Assembly: GCA_943789065.1 (NCBI GenBank)
Contig: CALSSQ010000001.1
Span: forward strand, 746,426 to 810,425
Direction: 5' to 3'
From: an uncultured Candidatus Actinomarinales bacterium
GTDB lineage: Bacteria > Actinomycetota > Acidimicrobiia > Actinomarinales > Actinomarinaceae
Length of the DNA: 64,000 nucleotides
Both the position numbers and the translations under genes were made by a program. The notes under the pieces are model-generated. The model was not told the DNA's origin. It did no database searches and saw only the letters and a program-made list of their open reading frames with translations. This document shows positions 52,466 to 63,475 of the stretch, piece after piece (the first letter of the stretch is position 1; each line of letters begins with the position of its first letter).

Positions 52466-53938
52466 TTAGAGGTAATTTTGAACTACCCATCGGGAAATGT
52501 TTATGAGGATATTTGGAAACAATCCTAATGTAATGGTTAAGCCAGCAAGTACACCAACGGAAATTTTATCATTCAATTTCAATTGAATCGGTGGAACGCT
52601 GTTCTCAGGTTTATCTATTGCGGCAATCCATATTGGCTTCAAATAAAAGTAAAAACCTGCAACAGTTGATAGCATCAGTGCAAAAACTAGAATATATTTT
52701 TCATATGACCACAGATTGGTGATAAGAATAAATTTCGATACAAATCCACTTGTTAGAGGCAGTCCAGCAAGGCCTAACATAAAAATACTAAAGCATATAC
52801 TCAAATATTTATTTTCTATAAACAGGCCCGAAAGATTTTCCATGGAGAAATCTGATGATAGCTCACCAGTAATTACTGAGAATATAAGGAAGATTCCAAT
52901 TAACTGAACAATATAAGCAGCAAGATAAAATAATGAAGCACTTGTTCCATTTACTCCAGAAGTTATTCCTGAAAGAATAAATCCAGATTGAATTACTCCA
53001 CTGTAAGCAATCAATCTTTTCATGTCCGTTTGGACAGTTGCAAATAGTGAGCCTATAAGAATTGAGAGTATTATTATTGCAGAGAAAAATAATTCGAACT
53101 TATCCATTACCAAACCGAGAGAAACTATACATAGCCTTGCTAGTACAACAAAAGATGCAACTTTTGCTGTAGCGGCCATAAACCCTACATAGCCTGTGGG
53201 TGATCCTTGGTACACATCTGGGGCCCATGACTGGAAAGGGGCTGCTGCTACTTTAAATAACAGACCAATTATGAGTAATAAAATACCGACGAGTGTTGTT
53301 AAGGGAATGTTTTCAATCCCAATGAAGGAGATAGCAATAGTTGTTTCGTAGACTCCAGTAATTGAGAGGGATACATACATTAAAGAGATTCCATATACCA
53401 AGACACAGGATGCTAAAGAACCTAGGAGGAAATATTTAAGAGAGGCTTCATTACTTAATAAACTACCTTTGTTGATCCCAGCTAAAGCGTATAAACTAAT
53501 TGACCCAATCTCAAGTCCAATAAAAAGCATCATGAAATTTTCAGAATCAACCATGAGCATAAATCCTGCGGTACTCATTAAGGTGAGAATTATAGCTTCT
53601 GTTGTTTTGTCCTTTAGTTCAAAAGAGGAATTCCAAATTGGATAAAAATTTAATAAAAGAACTAAGCCAAGTAAAACATTACCAAAAAGTGAAAATTCGT
53701 CGAGAAGAATTTTTTCTGAGAAGTATGATGAAGGGCCCGCTGTTGAAAATAATCCAAATTTTAAAAATATAGTAAATAGTGTCATAAATATTCCACTAAT
53801 AGTCACTACTTTTTTGACATTGTCAGAAGTATTAATGGTTATAGTGCAAAACAACAATACCAGAGCTGTTCCCACTAAAGCCAATGTTGGTCCGATAACT
53901 ATCCAGTTAAGACCAATAATCTGTGAGACTGTGTTCAA
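52466..53938 (-). CDS. nuoN: NADH-quinone oxidoreductase subunit N (operon 2)
   Basis: ORF track 490 aa; distinct sequence from operon-1 nuoN. Confidence 0.88.
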   Translation of the reverse strand: MNTVSQIIGLNWIVIGPTLALVGTALVLLFCTITINTSDNVKKVVTISGIFMTLFTIFLKFGLFSTAGPSSYFSEKILLDEFSLFGNVLLGLVLLLNFYPIWNSSFELKDKTTEAIILTLMSTAGFMLMVDSENFMMLFIGLEIGSISLYALAGINKGSLLSNEASLKYFLLGSLASCVLVYGISLMYVSLSITGVYETTIAISFIGIENIPLTTLVGILLLIIGLLFKVAAAPFQSWAPDVYQGSPTGYVGFMAATAKVASFVVLARLCIVSLGLVMDKFELFFSAIIILSILIGSLFATVQTDMKRLIAYSGVIQSGFILSGITSGVNGTSASLFYLAAYIVQLIGIFLIFSVITGELSSDFSMENLSGLFIENKYLSICFSIFMLGLAGLPLTSGFVSKFILITNLWSYEKYILVFALMLSTVAGFYFYLKPIWIAAIDKPENSVPPIQLKLNDKISVGVLAGLTITLGLFPNILINISRWVVQNYL

Positions 53939-55437
53939 TTTAAACCTCCGCTAAATAATTCAACTACATTCGTAATTATTTGTGCATCATTTAATACATA
54001 ACTTTCAATAAAAGATGGGTATACACCAATAAATAGCATTAAAACCAAAAGTGGTATCACTGAAACCAGCTCTCTAGTATCTAAATCATGTAAGTTTTCG
54101 TTTTCTTCATTATTAATTTCACCTGTAAACATCCTTTGATATGCCCATAACATGTAAATTGCCGCAAGAACCACACCGAAGGCAGAAATGGCTGATAATA
54201 ATTTATACGTACCAAAACTTCCCATTAGAATCATAAATTCTCCTACAAAACCATTTAATCCGGGAAGTCCAATAGATGCAAAAGATGTAAATAGAAAAAT
54301 TGCAGCGTATTTAGGCATTGTAATTTTGAGTCCTCCAAAATCAGAAATTCGTCTAGTGTGACGTCTTTCGTAAACAAAGCCAACTAGCATGAAAAGCGCT
54401 CCAGATGTTAATCCATGATTTACCATTTGAATAATTGCGCCCTCAAGGCTTAAAAGATTACCTGAGGATATTCCAAGCATTACAAATCCCATGTGACTAA
54501 TTGATGAGTATGCTATCAGTTTTTTGATATCTATCTGTGCAATCGCTACAACAGCTCCATATATAATTCCAATGACAGATAAGATAGCAATTATGTCTCT
54601 GTACTCTAAGAATCCTTCTGTGAAAAATGGTATTGATACTCTTAAAATTCCGAATGCGCCCACTTTTAATAACACTCCAGCTAATAATATACTTCCAGCT
54701 GTTGGGGCTTCGACGTGCGCATCTGGAAGCCAAGTATGCAAAGGAAAAAGAGGAACTTTAACTAAAAATCCAAATGTGAATAACAGAAAAAGTGCTTTAG
54801 ATTGTTGGGAAGTAAAATTTAAATTAGATAAAGTTACATAATCTAAAGCTAATGTACCGGTCTGTGAGTAACTTATAACTCCGGTATAAACAGTCCCTAT
54901 AAATATAAATATGGAACCAAAAACTGTATAAATTATAAATTTAATTGTTGCATATCTTCTATTGTCTCCACCCCAAATACCCATTAAAAAATACATAGGG
55001 ATCAATATTGCCTCAAAAAATATGAACAGAGAGAGTAAATCTCCACTCAAGAAAACACCATTAACAGCAAAGTGTAAAACTAATATAGAACCAATAAAAC
55101 CCTTACTTTTTGAATAATTTTCTGTAACCGAAAGAAAGGATAGAAGAACCAATATTGATGTTAACGACAATAAAAGATGGGACATTCCTGAAAAACCTAA
55201 ACTAATCTTTATTCCATAAGAACTTATCCAGTTTATAGAATCAAATTGTTGGTAGGAATCCTTGCTATTCTCATTTGAAAATAAATATAAGCACACGCTA
55301 AATGGAATGATTGAAAGAAATATTGCTAAAGGTTGAAATAGCTCAAATCTCTTTTTTGGCATTAGAAAAATGACCACTGCTCCAAATAGTGGAAACAAAA
55401 TAAGAGTATAAATTAAGCCACTCAATTTGATACCCAT
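53935..55437 (-). CDS. nuoM: NADH-quinone oxidoreductase subunit M (operon 2)
   Basis: ORF track 500 aa; WLPDAH motif. Confidence 0.9.
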   Translation of the reverse strand: MGIKLSGLIYTLILFPLFGAVVIFLMPKKRFELFQPLAIFLSIIPFSVCLYLFSNENSKDSYQQFDSINWISSYGIKISLGFSGMSHLLLSLTSILVLLSFLSVTENYSKSKGFIGSILVLHFAVNGVFLSGDLLSLFIFFEAILIPMYFLMGIWGGDNRRYATIKFIIYTVFGSIFIFIGTVYTGVISYSQTGTLALDYVTLSNLNFTSQQSKALFLLFTFGFLVKVPLFPLHTWLPDAHVEAPTAGSILLAGVLLKVGAFGILRVSIPFFTEGFLEYRDIIAILSVIGIIYGAVVAIAQIDIKKLIAYSSISHMGFVMLGISSGNLLSLEGAIIQMVNHGLTSGALFMLVGFVYERRHTRRISDFGGLKITMPKYAAIFLFTSFASIGLPGLNGFVGEFMILMGSFGTYKLLSAISAFGVVLAAIYMLWAYQRMFTGEINNEENENLHDLDTRELVSVIPLLVLMLFIGVYPSFIESYVLNDAQIITNVVELFSGGLN

Positions 55438-57311
55438 GGTGTAGCAATAAATAGCCCGATTAGTAGAAGCATAAAAAATCCAAAATAAACAACATAGCTT
55501 CTTACGAGACCATTCTGTGATCTTGAGACTTTTTGTGAGGAGTTGTAAAACAAACTAGATATTTTGTTAACTAAGCCATCAATCAAGAGCCCATCAACAA
55601 CAACAGCGGTTTTTCTAGAAAATGATTTCATACCCTTTACAAATATGACTTCACCAAATTTGTTTAAATATAGGGTATTTGAAGACAGCTCTTTTATTTC
55701 TTCTTTGAGTGGAATCTTGACTTTAAAATATGCAAGTATATCAACAATATATATCAGATAAGCAAGCAATAAACCTGTAAATCCAGCACCTATCGAAACT
55801 ACTGCGAGGATAATCAATGTAATCCCCTCAGGAAGATGCGTTATGTCTACATAATGTAGTGTTTCCTCTAGGACTTTTTCTAATCCGTGGAAAAAAGGAG
55901 TATTAATAAATCCAATAAAGAATGAAAATATGCCCAATACAATAAGGGGCCTTACCATCGCTTTTGGTGCCTCATGAACTTCACTGATGTCGTTTCCAGT
56001 TTCTTTGTGAAATATTAATAACCAGTGTCTTCCCATATAGAAAGCTGTCATAAAAGCAGCCAATAATGAGAGAGCCCAATACCCGTAATAGAAGCCACCA
56101 TTTGCAAAAGTGGAAGCGAGTATTTCGTCTTTTGACCAAAAACCTGCAAGTGGAGGGATTCCTGATATTGCTAATGTACCTATACCCATCATTGCAGCGG
56201 TAATAGGCATTTTTGTTTTTAAGTTCCCCATTTTATGAATATTTTGCTCGTGATGCATCTCGTGAATTACAGCACCTGCCCCCAGGAATAGGAGAGCTTT
56301 AAAAAATGCGTGAGTTACTAAATGAAAAATTGCTGCAACATATGCCCCTGATCCTATAGCAATAAACATGAACCCTAATTGAGAAATTGTGGAGTAAGCC
56401 AAGACCTTTTTTATATCATCTTGGTTAATTGCAGAAAAAGCTGCGATCAAAGCAGTCAACAGTCCTGCTGTAATGATGATTAGTTTCCCCGTTTCCGAAA
56501 ACTGTAATATTGGTGAGATTCTTACAAGCATGAAGACACCTGCCGTAACCATTGTCGCTGCGTGTATTAAAGCACTGGCCGGTGTGGGTCCTTCCATTGC
56601 ATCTGGTAACCAACTAAAAAGTGGAAACTGTGCAGACTTACCAAATGCTCCAATAATAAAACAAATTACAATAATGCTTAAACTTTCACGATTCCCATTT
56701 AAGACTTCAGAAAAGACTTTTTCGTAATTGAATGTTCCAAAGGTGTTCAACGTCAGCATTAATCCAACTAGGAACCCAAAATCTCCTATACGATTGAGAA
56801 TGAAGGCTTTGTTTCCAGCTTTTGCAGCTGACTGTTTTTTTGACCAGAATGATATTAAGAGATAGGAACTCAGTCCAACTAACTCCCAGCCAAAAAACAT
56901 CACTAAAAAATTTCCCGACATAACTAATAGCAACATAGAAAATACAAACACATTAAAATATATAAAATATTTGGAGTAATTCTCATCTTTACTCATGTAC
57001 GATGTTGAAAAGATTTGAATGACAACTGATAGCCCTGTTACAAGAAGCATCATGATTCCAGAAAGACCGTCCAAAGTAAATTCAAATAATATTTCTGGAC
57101 TTGGAATCCATGTAAATAATTCTAAGTGAATAGGCTTGAACTTATCTGAAAGAAGTAGACCAAACATTCCGCAGGCTGTTGCAAAAGATAGAAGTGCTGA
57201 GTTAATTGTTAAAAAATTTAGTAAAAGTTCATTTACTAAATTTGAAATAATCTTAATCCCAATGGCTGTTAACAATGGTAAAAATATAATTACTAAAAGT
57301 AAATTTTCCAC
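55422..57311 (-). CDS. nuoL: NADH-quinone oxidoreductase subunit L (operon 2)
   Basis: ORF track 629 aa; WLPDAMEGPTPASALIHAATMVTAG. Confidence 0.92.
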   Translation of the reverse strand: MENLLLVIIFLPLLTAIGIKIISNLVNELLLNFLTINSALLSFATACGMFGLLLSDKFKPIHLELFTWIPSPEILFEFTLDGLSGIMMLLVTGLSVVIQIFSTSYMSKDENYSKYFIYFNVFVFSMLLLVMSGNFLVMFFGWELVGLSSYLLISFWSKKQSAAKAGNKAFILNRIGDFGFLVGLMLTLNTFGTFNYEKVFSEVLNGNRESLSIIVICFIIGAFGKSAQFPLFSWLPDAMEGPTPASALIHAATMVTAGVFMLVRISPILQFSETGKLIIITAGLLTALIAAFSAINQDDIKKVLAYSTISQLGFMFIAIGSGAYVAAIFHLVTHAFFKALLFLGAGAVIHEMHHEQNIHKMGNLKTKMPITAAMMGIGTLAISGIPPLAGFWSKDEILASTFANGGFYYGYWALSLLAAFMTAFYMGRHWLLIFHKETGNDISEVHEAPKAMVRPLIVLGIFSFFIGFINTPFFHGLEKVLEETLHYVDITHLPEGITLIILAVVSIGAGFTGLLLAYLIYIVDILAYFKVKIPLKEEIKELSSNTLYLNKFGEVIFVKGMKSFSRKTAVVVDGLLIDGLVNKISSLFYNSSQKVSRSQNGLVRSYVVYFGFFMLLLIGLFIATPWVSN

Positions 57312-57314
57312 TAA

Positions 57315-57623
57315 CTAACCTCTGGAAGTTCTTAGTAAGTCCACAGATGCTGAAGATTGTTTTTTAAATATTGAAACTATTATGGCCAAACCTACAACTA
57401 CTTCAGCAGCAGCCACCACTAGAACAAAAAATACGGAGATTTGTCCTTCTATTGTTCCAAAATGTTTTGACGCAGTTATGAATGTTAAATTTACAGAATT
57501 AAGCATAAGCTCTATGCACATAAACATAATCAATGCATTTCTTCTAATCATCATCCCCAGGAAGCCGATTGAAAATAAGATAGCGGCTAATGTTAAATAC
57601 CAGTCTGTTGAAACCTCTATCAT
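57315..57623 (-). CDS. nuoK: NADH-quinone oxidoreductase subunit K (operon 2)
   Basis: ORF track 102 aa; NuoK-like. Confidence 0.9.
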   Translation of the reverse strand: MIEVSTDWYLTLAAILFSIGFLGMMIRRNALIMFMCIELMLNSVNLTFITASKHFGTIEGQISVFFVLVVAAAEVVVGLAIIVSIFKKQSSASVDLLRTSRG

Positions 57624-58144
57624 TTTGGTTTCCTTACTTTTGTATCATAAGCTAAAGCAATAGCTGCAGCTGTAGCAACAATAAGTAATATTGAAATTAT
57701 CTCAAATGGGAGAACCCATTCAGTAAATAGACTTGCAGCAATTAAATCCGGTGTACCCTCTAGGCTATACTCGACTGCAGGAAAGTAGAGATCCCACTTA
57801 AAACCAGAATTTACAACAACAAATGAAACTAGACCAATCAAAATAAAAAGGGTTCCTGAGACCAGAAGGGTTTGACCTTTAATTTCTTCTCTTGTTTGTT
57901 CAGGCTTATCAACACCGATCATCATTATCACAAATAAAAATAAAGTCATTACAGCCCCGGCGTAAACTAGCATTTGGACCATAGCCACAAAGGTTGCATT
58001 CAGAGTGATATAAATTATTGCAAGTGATGCGAGTGTTAAGACTAAACCCATTGAATTGTGAACTGGATTTTTAGCGAATATAACTATTAAAGCTCCTAGA
58101 ATTACTAGACCTGCTGGTACTGCAAAAAGTAGTAGTTCTAACAC
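57620..58144 (-). CDS. nuoJ: NADH-quinone oxidoreductase subunit J (operon 2)
   Basis: ORF track 174 aa; operon position. Confidence 0.85.
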   Translation of the reverse strand: MLELLLFAVPAGLVILGALIVIFAKNPVHNSMGLVLTLASLAIIYITLNATFVAMVQMLVYAGAVMTLFLFVIMMIGVDKPEQTREEIKGQTLLVSGTLFILIGLVSFVVVNSGFKWDLYFPAVEYSLEGTPDLIAASLFTEWVLPFEIISILLIVATAAAIALAYDTKVRKPK

Positions 58145-58149
58145 TTTTT

Positions 58150-58764
58150 TTACTCTTCTTCCATTGTTTGGCCTTTTTCTGGTTCTCTTTCCCCATAGCC
58201 CAGGGAATTAGTCCATCCAATAACATTTTCAAAATCTGGATTACCATTAGGAGCTGTTGCTCTCATCCAACCATCAATTTTTGTTAACTCTTCTGGATTT
58301 GTTAAATTTGTTTGTTCTTCGTGAGTATTGGCTGAACCATCATCTTTAACAAGCAATACAGATTTATCAAATACTGCCTCAGATCGATCTGCAACACTCA
58401 TTTCAAAAAGTGAAGTCATTGTTATTGCCTCTGTGGGACAAGCCTCTACACAAAGGCCACAATATATACACCTCAACATATTTATTTCATATATGAAGCC
58501 ATATCTCTCGCCTGGACTTACTGGGTTTTCTTCAGGATTATCCTCACCCCTTACATATATACATTGTGCGGGGCATGCTCCAGCACAAAGCTCACAACCA
58601 ATACACTTTTCCATACCATCTTCATATTTGTTAAGAACATGTCTTCCATGAAAACGTTGGGGTTTTTCTCTAAACTCTTTCGGGTATTTATCAGTTACAG
58701 ATTTTTTAAATAACTCTTTAAATGTTACTTTTAATCCTTTTAGTAAGTCGTATCCACTACTCAT
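58150..58764 (-). CDS. nuoI: NADH-quinone oxidoreductase subunit I (operon 2)
   Basis: ORF track 204 aa; CIGCELCAGACP and CIYCGLCVEACP 4Fe-4S motifs. Confidence 0.93.
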   Translation of the reverse strand: MSSGYDLLKGLKVTFKELFKKSVTDKYPKEFREKPQRFHGRHVLNKYEDGMEKCIGCELCAGACPAQCIYVRGEDNPEENPVSPGERYGFIYEINMLRCIYCGLCVEACPTEAITMTSLFEMSVADRSEAVFDKSVLLVKDDGSANTHEEQTNLTNPEELTKIDGWMRATAPNGNPDFENVIGWTNSLGYGEREPEKGQTMEEE

Positions 58765-58767
58765 CTT

Positions 58768-59865
58768 TTAACTCCATGGTAAGCCAAACTCTCTAACTCC
58801 TAAAACAATTGAAGATAATAAAAGCCATACTAGTGAAATCGGAATTAGTCTTTTCCAGCCCAGTTCCATCAATTGATCATATCTCAATCTAGGTAGGGTT
58901 GCTCTTATCCAAACATATATAAATAACAAAGAAAAAGTTTTAACTCCGAGCCAAACGGCTGGCATAAATGCTGAAATGAATGGTGGTAAGAATCCTGAAA
59001 AAGTTGGGCCTAGCCATCCGCCTAAAAAGAATGTAGCTGTTATTGCACACATGTTAAACATGTTTATATATTCGGCAAGAAAAAACATTGCAAAGCGAAA
59101 TCCGGAATACTCAGTATGAAATCCTCCTACCAACTCTTGTTCGGCTTCAACTAAGTCAAATGGTGCTCTATTTACCTCTGCGACAGATGCTATAAAAAAT
59201 ATTGCAAATGCTATGAACTGTGGAAATATATTCCACTTAGGAATAAAGCCAACAATTGAATCTAGTATAGGAATAGGGCTTGATAGAAATCCTGATTGAC
59301 TTTGAACTATATCAGTCATTGACATAGATCCTGAATAAAGTATTACTGGAACTAAGGCTAACCCCATAGCGGCTTCATAAGAGATCATCTGTGCAGAAGC
59401 TCTGACCCCACCAAGTAGTGGGTATTTCGATCCTGAAGACCAACCGGCAAGAACAACACTATATACAGCTATTGATGATAGAGCTAAGAAGAATAAGACG
59501 CCTACGTTAATGTTTGCTCCTACTAAATCTACATTTACGGCTTCTCCCTGTATAACTAAATCAATGCTTGGCCCAAGAGGAATAATCATAAATATTAAGA
59601 ATGATGGTACCAATGCAAGGATAGGAGCTAATAAATACATTGCTCTGTCAGCTTTTAAAGGAAGTATTTGCTCTTTTAGAAGTAGTTTTACTGCATCAGC
59701 AACTGTTTGCAAAATTCCAAAAGGTCCTGCCCTATCTGGTCCAACTCGTGATTGCATACCAGCTACTAACTTTCTTTCGAGCCATATAAGTAAAATTGTG
59801 TTGGTTAATAAAAGCCCTAAAATCAAAGCTGCTTTTGTTACTCCAATTATTAAATCAGTTGACAC
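58768..59865 (-). CDS. nuoH: NADH-quinone oxidoreductase subunit H (operon 2)
   Basis: ORF track 365 aa; NuoH-like. Confidence 0.9.
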   Translation of the reverse strand: MSTDLIIGVTKAALILGLLLTNTILLIWLERKLVAGMQSRVGPDRAGPFGILQTVADAVKLLLKEQILPLKADRAMYLLAPILALVPSFLIFMIIPLGPSIDLVIQGEAVNVDLVGANINVGVLFFLALSSIAVYSVVLAGWSSGSKYPLLGGVRASAQMISYEAAMGLALVPVILYSGSMSMTDIVQSQSGFLSSPIPILDSIVGFIPKWNIFPQFIAFAIFFIASVAEVNRAPFDLVEAEQELVGGFHTEYSGFRFAMFFLAEYINMFNMCAITATFFLGGWLGPTFSGFLPPFISAFMPAVWLGVKTFSLLFIYVWIRATLPRLRYDQLMELGWKRLIPISLVWLLLSSIVLGVREFGLPWS

Positions 59866-60607
59866 TTAAATCCTTCATATTTTTTGTCTCTTTGAGATCA
59901 AAATCTTTAGTAGAGTCTAATTTTTCGAATCCTCTTCTGTTAATTGGAGCTAAAACAAGATTGTCTGGCAAAAGATTATTCAATTTTATATTCACAAAAA
60001 TAGATGATGAGCCTTGAGTTAAAGTAGCAACATTGGACTTTATCCCATATTTGTCTAAAGTAAATTCACTCAACTCGATGAACCTTTCAGAACCTAACAT
60101 TGAAATTGATGGTGAATTAATTTGAGTACTTGAATCTCCATAGAGTCTTTTTACCATCAAAAGAGACGGACTGTCTTGATCTATATCCCTGATATTTAAA
60201 TTAATTTCTTTTTGATTTAGTATTCCAAAAAGATTTGATGGTTTGTTAAGATTATCAAATGTGGGTAATGCTTCTGTCTTTGTAAATTGACTCGCTAGCT
60301 CACTGTTTAGTTCGTTTACACTGTCATAGTTAATATCTTTTCCAAGCGATTGAGCAATCATTATTAAATATTCCCATTCAGAAAGAGTTGAGCCGGGGTC
60401 CGGAAGGATTTTATTTTGCTTCATAACCCTCATTTCCATATTTGTTATCGTCCCCTCTTTTTCACCAAAAGCAGTTGTTGGTAATATCAAATCAGCTAAT
60501 TCTGTTGTTTCATTTTTAAAAATATCAAGTGAAATAACATAGTCTGTATCTTCAAGAAGATCTTTTAATTTTTGATCCAAAAAATGATGAGTTAACTGGG
60601 TTTGCAC
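59855..60607 (-). CDS. nuoG: NADH-quinone oxidoreductase subunit G, C-terminal fragment (gene split by frameshift)
   Basis: ORF track 250 aa in a different frame from the N-terminal part; the two ORFs together make a normal ~795-aa NuoG. Confidence 0.75.
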   Translation of the reverse strand: MQTQLTHHFLDQKLKDLLEDTDYVISLDIFKNETTELADLILPTTAFGEKEGTITNMEMRVMKQNKILPDPGSTLSEWEYLIMIAQSLGKDINYDSVNELNSELASQFTKTEALPTFDNLNKPSNLFGILNQKEINLNIRDIDQDSPSLLMVKRLYGDSSTQINSPSISMLGSERFIELSEFTLDKYGIKSNVATLTQGSSSIFVNIKLNNLLPDNLVLAPINRRGFEKLDSTKDFDLKETKNMKDLSVN

Positions 60608-62189
60608 CTATAGTGAACACAATATTTTTATTTGAATTTTCATATTCAGTGCAGAATTCATTTAATCCCTTTATCTGGTCAATGTGTTGTATTGCTCCAA
60701 AAGTATTCGCTTTACTAAAACAGTTAAATACCTTCAGGTCGGAAACCTTTTGTAAATGATTTATAAGAGTATCTAGTGAATCTTTTTTTTGTAATGGAGT
60801 AGATTTTCCAATAATTGTAGTTACCTTTTTACTATCGATAATATCTTTCAGTTCTTGAATATTGCTTAGACTTGTTTTTAATTCAAAATTATTGGAAACA
60901 ATTTCAGCACCAAGATAGAGGTCTGCAAGACTCTCTAAAGCTGTATTGGTGTGTCCGAATACAACGAGCTTAACTCCGTTTTTAACTGCTTTTTTGATTC
61001 TAAGAAATAGTACTGGTAGGTTATCTTTAATATCCTCTGCCCACACAACGATTGCATCAGAATTATCCAGATCTTCGAAAGTAGCACTTGTATATTCCTC
61101 ACTAAAATATCCGTTATAAATATGATCATCAGCAAAGTAGACATTAGATTTGTCCTTACTTAAAAATTCATTTCTATTTAGGGAGTTAGCAAATTTGTTG
61201 ATTGCAAAATATTCTTCATTTGTGCTGTTTGCTCCAATGATAAACTTTATATCTGGGTTGTCTAAGTCCTTAATCTTATTTTTGATCTTTTCAATTGCAT
61301 CTGAGATATTGATAGTCTGATAGTCTTCATTTTCTCTTGAATGAATATTTAATAATCTATTTTCTGAGTGCAAATATTCAAAATTATATCTTCCTTTATC
61401 TGAAAGCCATCCTTGATTAGTAAATTCATTATCTTCACCAAGTATTCTTAACATTTTATTTTGAGATACATTTAACTCAACGGAACATCCTAACGAACAA
61501 CAATTACATGTTGAAGACACTTTTTTTAAATCCCATGGTCTTGCTTTAAATCTGTAACTAGTTGCAGTTAGTGCCCCAACTGGGCAAATTTGAACAGTAT
61601 TTCCTGAAAAGTAAGATTTAAAAGGTTCGTCAGGAAAAGTATTAACTTGTGTTTTATTTCCCCTTTGGATGAATTCAATTAAAGGGTCTCCGGAAATTTC
61701 ATCAGAAAACCTGGTACATCTCGCACATAAAATACACCTCTCTCTGTCAAGTAATACGATGTCTGAAACAGGAATTGGTTTCTCAAAATGTCTTTTTTCC
61801 TCAATAAATCTTGATTCACCTGGTCCATAAGCCATTGTCTGATCTTGAAGGGGGCATTCTCCTGCTTTGTCACAGATAGGACAGTCAAGGGGGTGGTTGA
61901 TGAGTAAAAACTCTAGAACACCTTCTTGAGCTTTTTTAACAGTATCAGACTCTGTTTCGACAATTAATTCTTCACTTACCTGTGTTGTACAAGAAGGTAC
62001 TAAAGCTTTTCCTCTAGGTGTATCAATTTCAACCAGACACATTCGACACATACCGACTGGATCTAATCTTTTATGCCAACAAAACCTTGGTATATGAATA
62101 CCAGAATCCTCACATGCCTCAATTAGGAGTTGACCCTGTTTTCCTTCAAGCTGTTTTCCATCAACGGTAAAAGTTACTTTTTCGTTCAA
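60552..62189 (-). CDS. nuoG: NADH-quinone oxidoreductase subunit G, N-terminal fragment (2Fe-2S and 4Fe-4S domains)
   Basis: ORF track 545 aa; Cys motifs CxxxxxxxxxxC...C and HPLDCPICDKAGECPLQD; ends shortly after TIGANP motif. Confidence 0.85.
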   Translation of the reverse strand: MNEKVTFTVDGKQLEGKQGQLLIEACEDSGIHIPRFCWHKRLDPVGMCRMCLVEIDTPRGKALVPSCTTQVSEELIVETESDTVKKAQEGVLEFLLINHPLDCPICDKAGECPLQDQTMAYGPGESRFIEEKRHFEKPIPVSDIVLLDRERCILCARCTRFSDEISGDPLIEFIQRGNKTQVNTFPDEPFKSYFSGNTVQICPVGALTATSYRFKARPWDLKKVSSTCNCCSLGCSVELNVSQNKMLRILGEDNEFTNQGWLSDKGRYNFEYLHSENRLLNIHSRENEDYQTINISDAIEKIKNKIKDLDNPDIKFIIGANSTNEEYFAINKFANSLNRNEFLSKDKSNVYFADDHIYNGYFSEEYTSATFEDLDNSDAIVVWAEDIKDNLPVLFLRIKKAVKNGVKLVVFGHTNTALESLADLYLGAEIVSNNFELKTSLSNIQELKDIIDSKKVTTIIGKSTPLQKKDSLDTLINHLQKVSDLKVFNCFSKANTFGAIQHIDQIKGLNEFCTEYENSNKNIVFTIGANPVNSSFFGSKIKRSS

Positions 62190-63475
62190 CCTATTACTAC
62201 TTTCTTTGGTAGTAAAACTTCAACTTCTGATCTAAAGTCTTTCATTAAAGACACAATCGATGCAGTAGCAGAAGGTCCAAGCGGACATATAGTTGTCATC
62301 TTTGGTGGCCAGGTGAGTCCCGGTGAAATATTATCACAGACGTCAAGTAGTAGGTCTATATCTGAAAGTCGTCCTCTGCCGGAAGCAACTCTTTCAAGTA
62401 TATTTTCAAGCCAAGTAGTTCCCTCTCTGCATGGAGTGCATTGTCCACAAGACTCATGCGCAAAAAAGCTTACTAAGCTTTTTGCTGCTAAAACTAAATT
62501 TGTATCTTCATCCATCATTACGACTGCTCCAGAACCAAGCATGGACCCCTCGTTTGCAACGTCATCAATTGTCATTTTGACATCGAGTTGATCTCCACGT
62601 AACCATGGAGCTGACGCTCCACCAGGAATGTATGCTTTAATGGCTTTATTTTTAACACCTTTGCCTAAAGTGTCTACGAACTCTCCAAATGAAGACCCCA
62701 TCTCTATTTCGTAGTTTCCAGGATTGTTTATGTGTCCAGAAAGACTGAAAATTCTAGTCCCTGTTGAACCTTCAACTCCTAAGCTTGAATAATCTTTTCC
62801 AGAGTTACTCATTATCCATGGAACAGAAGAGATAGTCTCAACATTATTTACAAGCGTTGGTTTGTTATATAGACCTTTTACTGCTGGAAAAAATGGTGGT
62901 TTTAATCTAGGCTCACCTCTTCTACCTTCTAGTGAGTTTAGTAAAGCGGTTTCTTCTCCACATATATAGGCTCCTGCACCAAGGTGCACCACAATGTCCA
63001 AGTTCATAGAAGATCCAAATATATTCTTTCCTAAATATCCCTTTTCATAAGCTTCCTCAATAGCACTTTGAACTCTTCTTGCCGGCTTTGCGTATTCACC
63101 TCTTATATATATGAAAGCCTTTGAAATATTTGCGGCAAAACATGTGATTATCATTCCTTCAATTAATTGATGTGGATCTCTTTCAAGAAGAATTCGATCT
63201 TTAAAAGTTCCGGGCTCAGATTCATCACCGTTTATAACAAGGTATCTTTCTTCATCTTCAGCTAAAAAGCCCCATTTGACTCCTGTAGGAAAACCAGCTC
63301 CTCCTCTACCTCTAATGTTAGAATCTTTTATCTCTTGGAGTACTTCTTCAGGGGTACCAGACTTAAGTACTTTTTTAACAGATTCATATCCTCCATTTTT
63401 TTCATAGGATTTCAGAGAGTGGCTGTCTTCAGGATTTTCTCTCATATGTTTGGTCAGAAGAAGGGTTTCTTTCAT
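62186..63475 (-). CDS. nuoF: NADH-quinone oxidoreductase subunit F (NADH/FMN-binding)
   Basis: ORF track 429 aa; GRGGAGFPTG and 4Fe-4S ESCGQCTPCREG motifs. Confidence 0.95.
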   Translation of the reverse strand: MKETLLLTKHMRENPEDSHSLKSYEKNGGYESVKKVLKSGTPEEVLQEIKDSNIRGRGGAGFPTGVKWGFLAEDEERYLVINGDESEPGTFKDRILLERDPHQLIEGMIITCFAANISKAFIYIRGEYAKPARRVQSAIEEAYEKGYLGKNIFGSSMNLDIVVHLGAGAYICGEETALLNSLEGRRGEPRLKPPFFPAVKGLYNKPTLVNNVETISSVPWIMSNSGKDYSSLGVEGSTGTRIFSLSGHINNPGNYEIEMGSSFGEFVDTLGKGVKNKAIKAYIPGGASAPWLRGDQLDVKMTIDDVANEGSMLGSGAVVMMDEDTNLVLAAKSLVSFFAHESCGQCTPCREGTTWLENILERVASGRGRLSDIDLLLDVCDNISPGLTWPPKMTTICPLGPSATASIVSLMKDFRSEVEVLLPKKVVIG

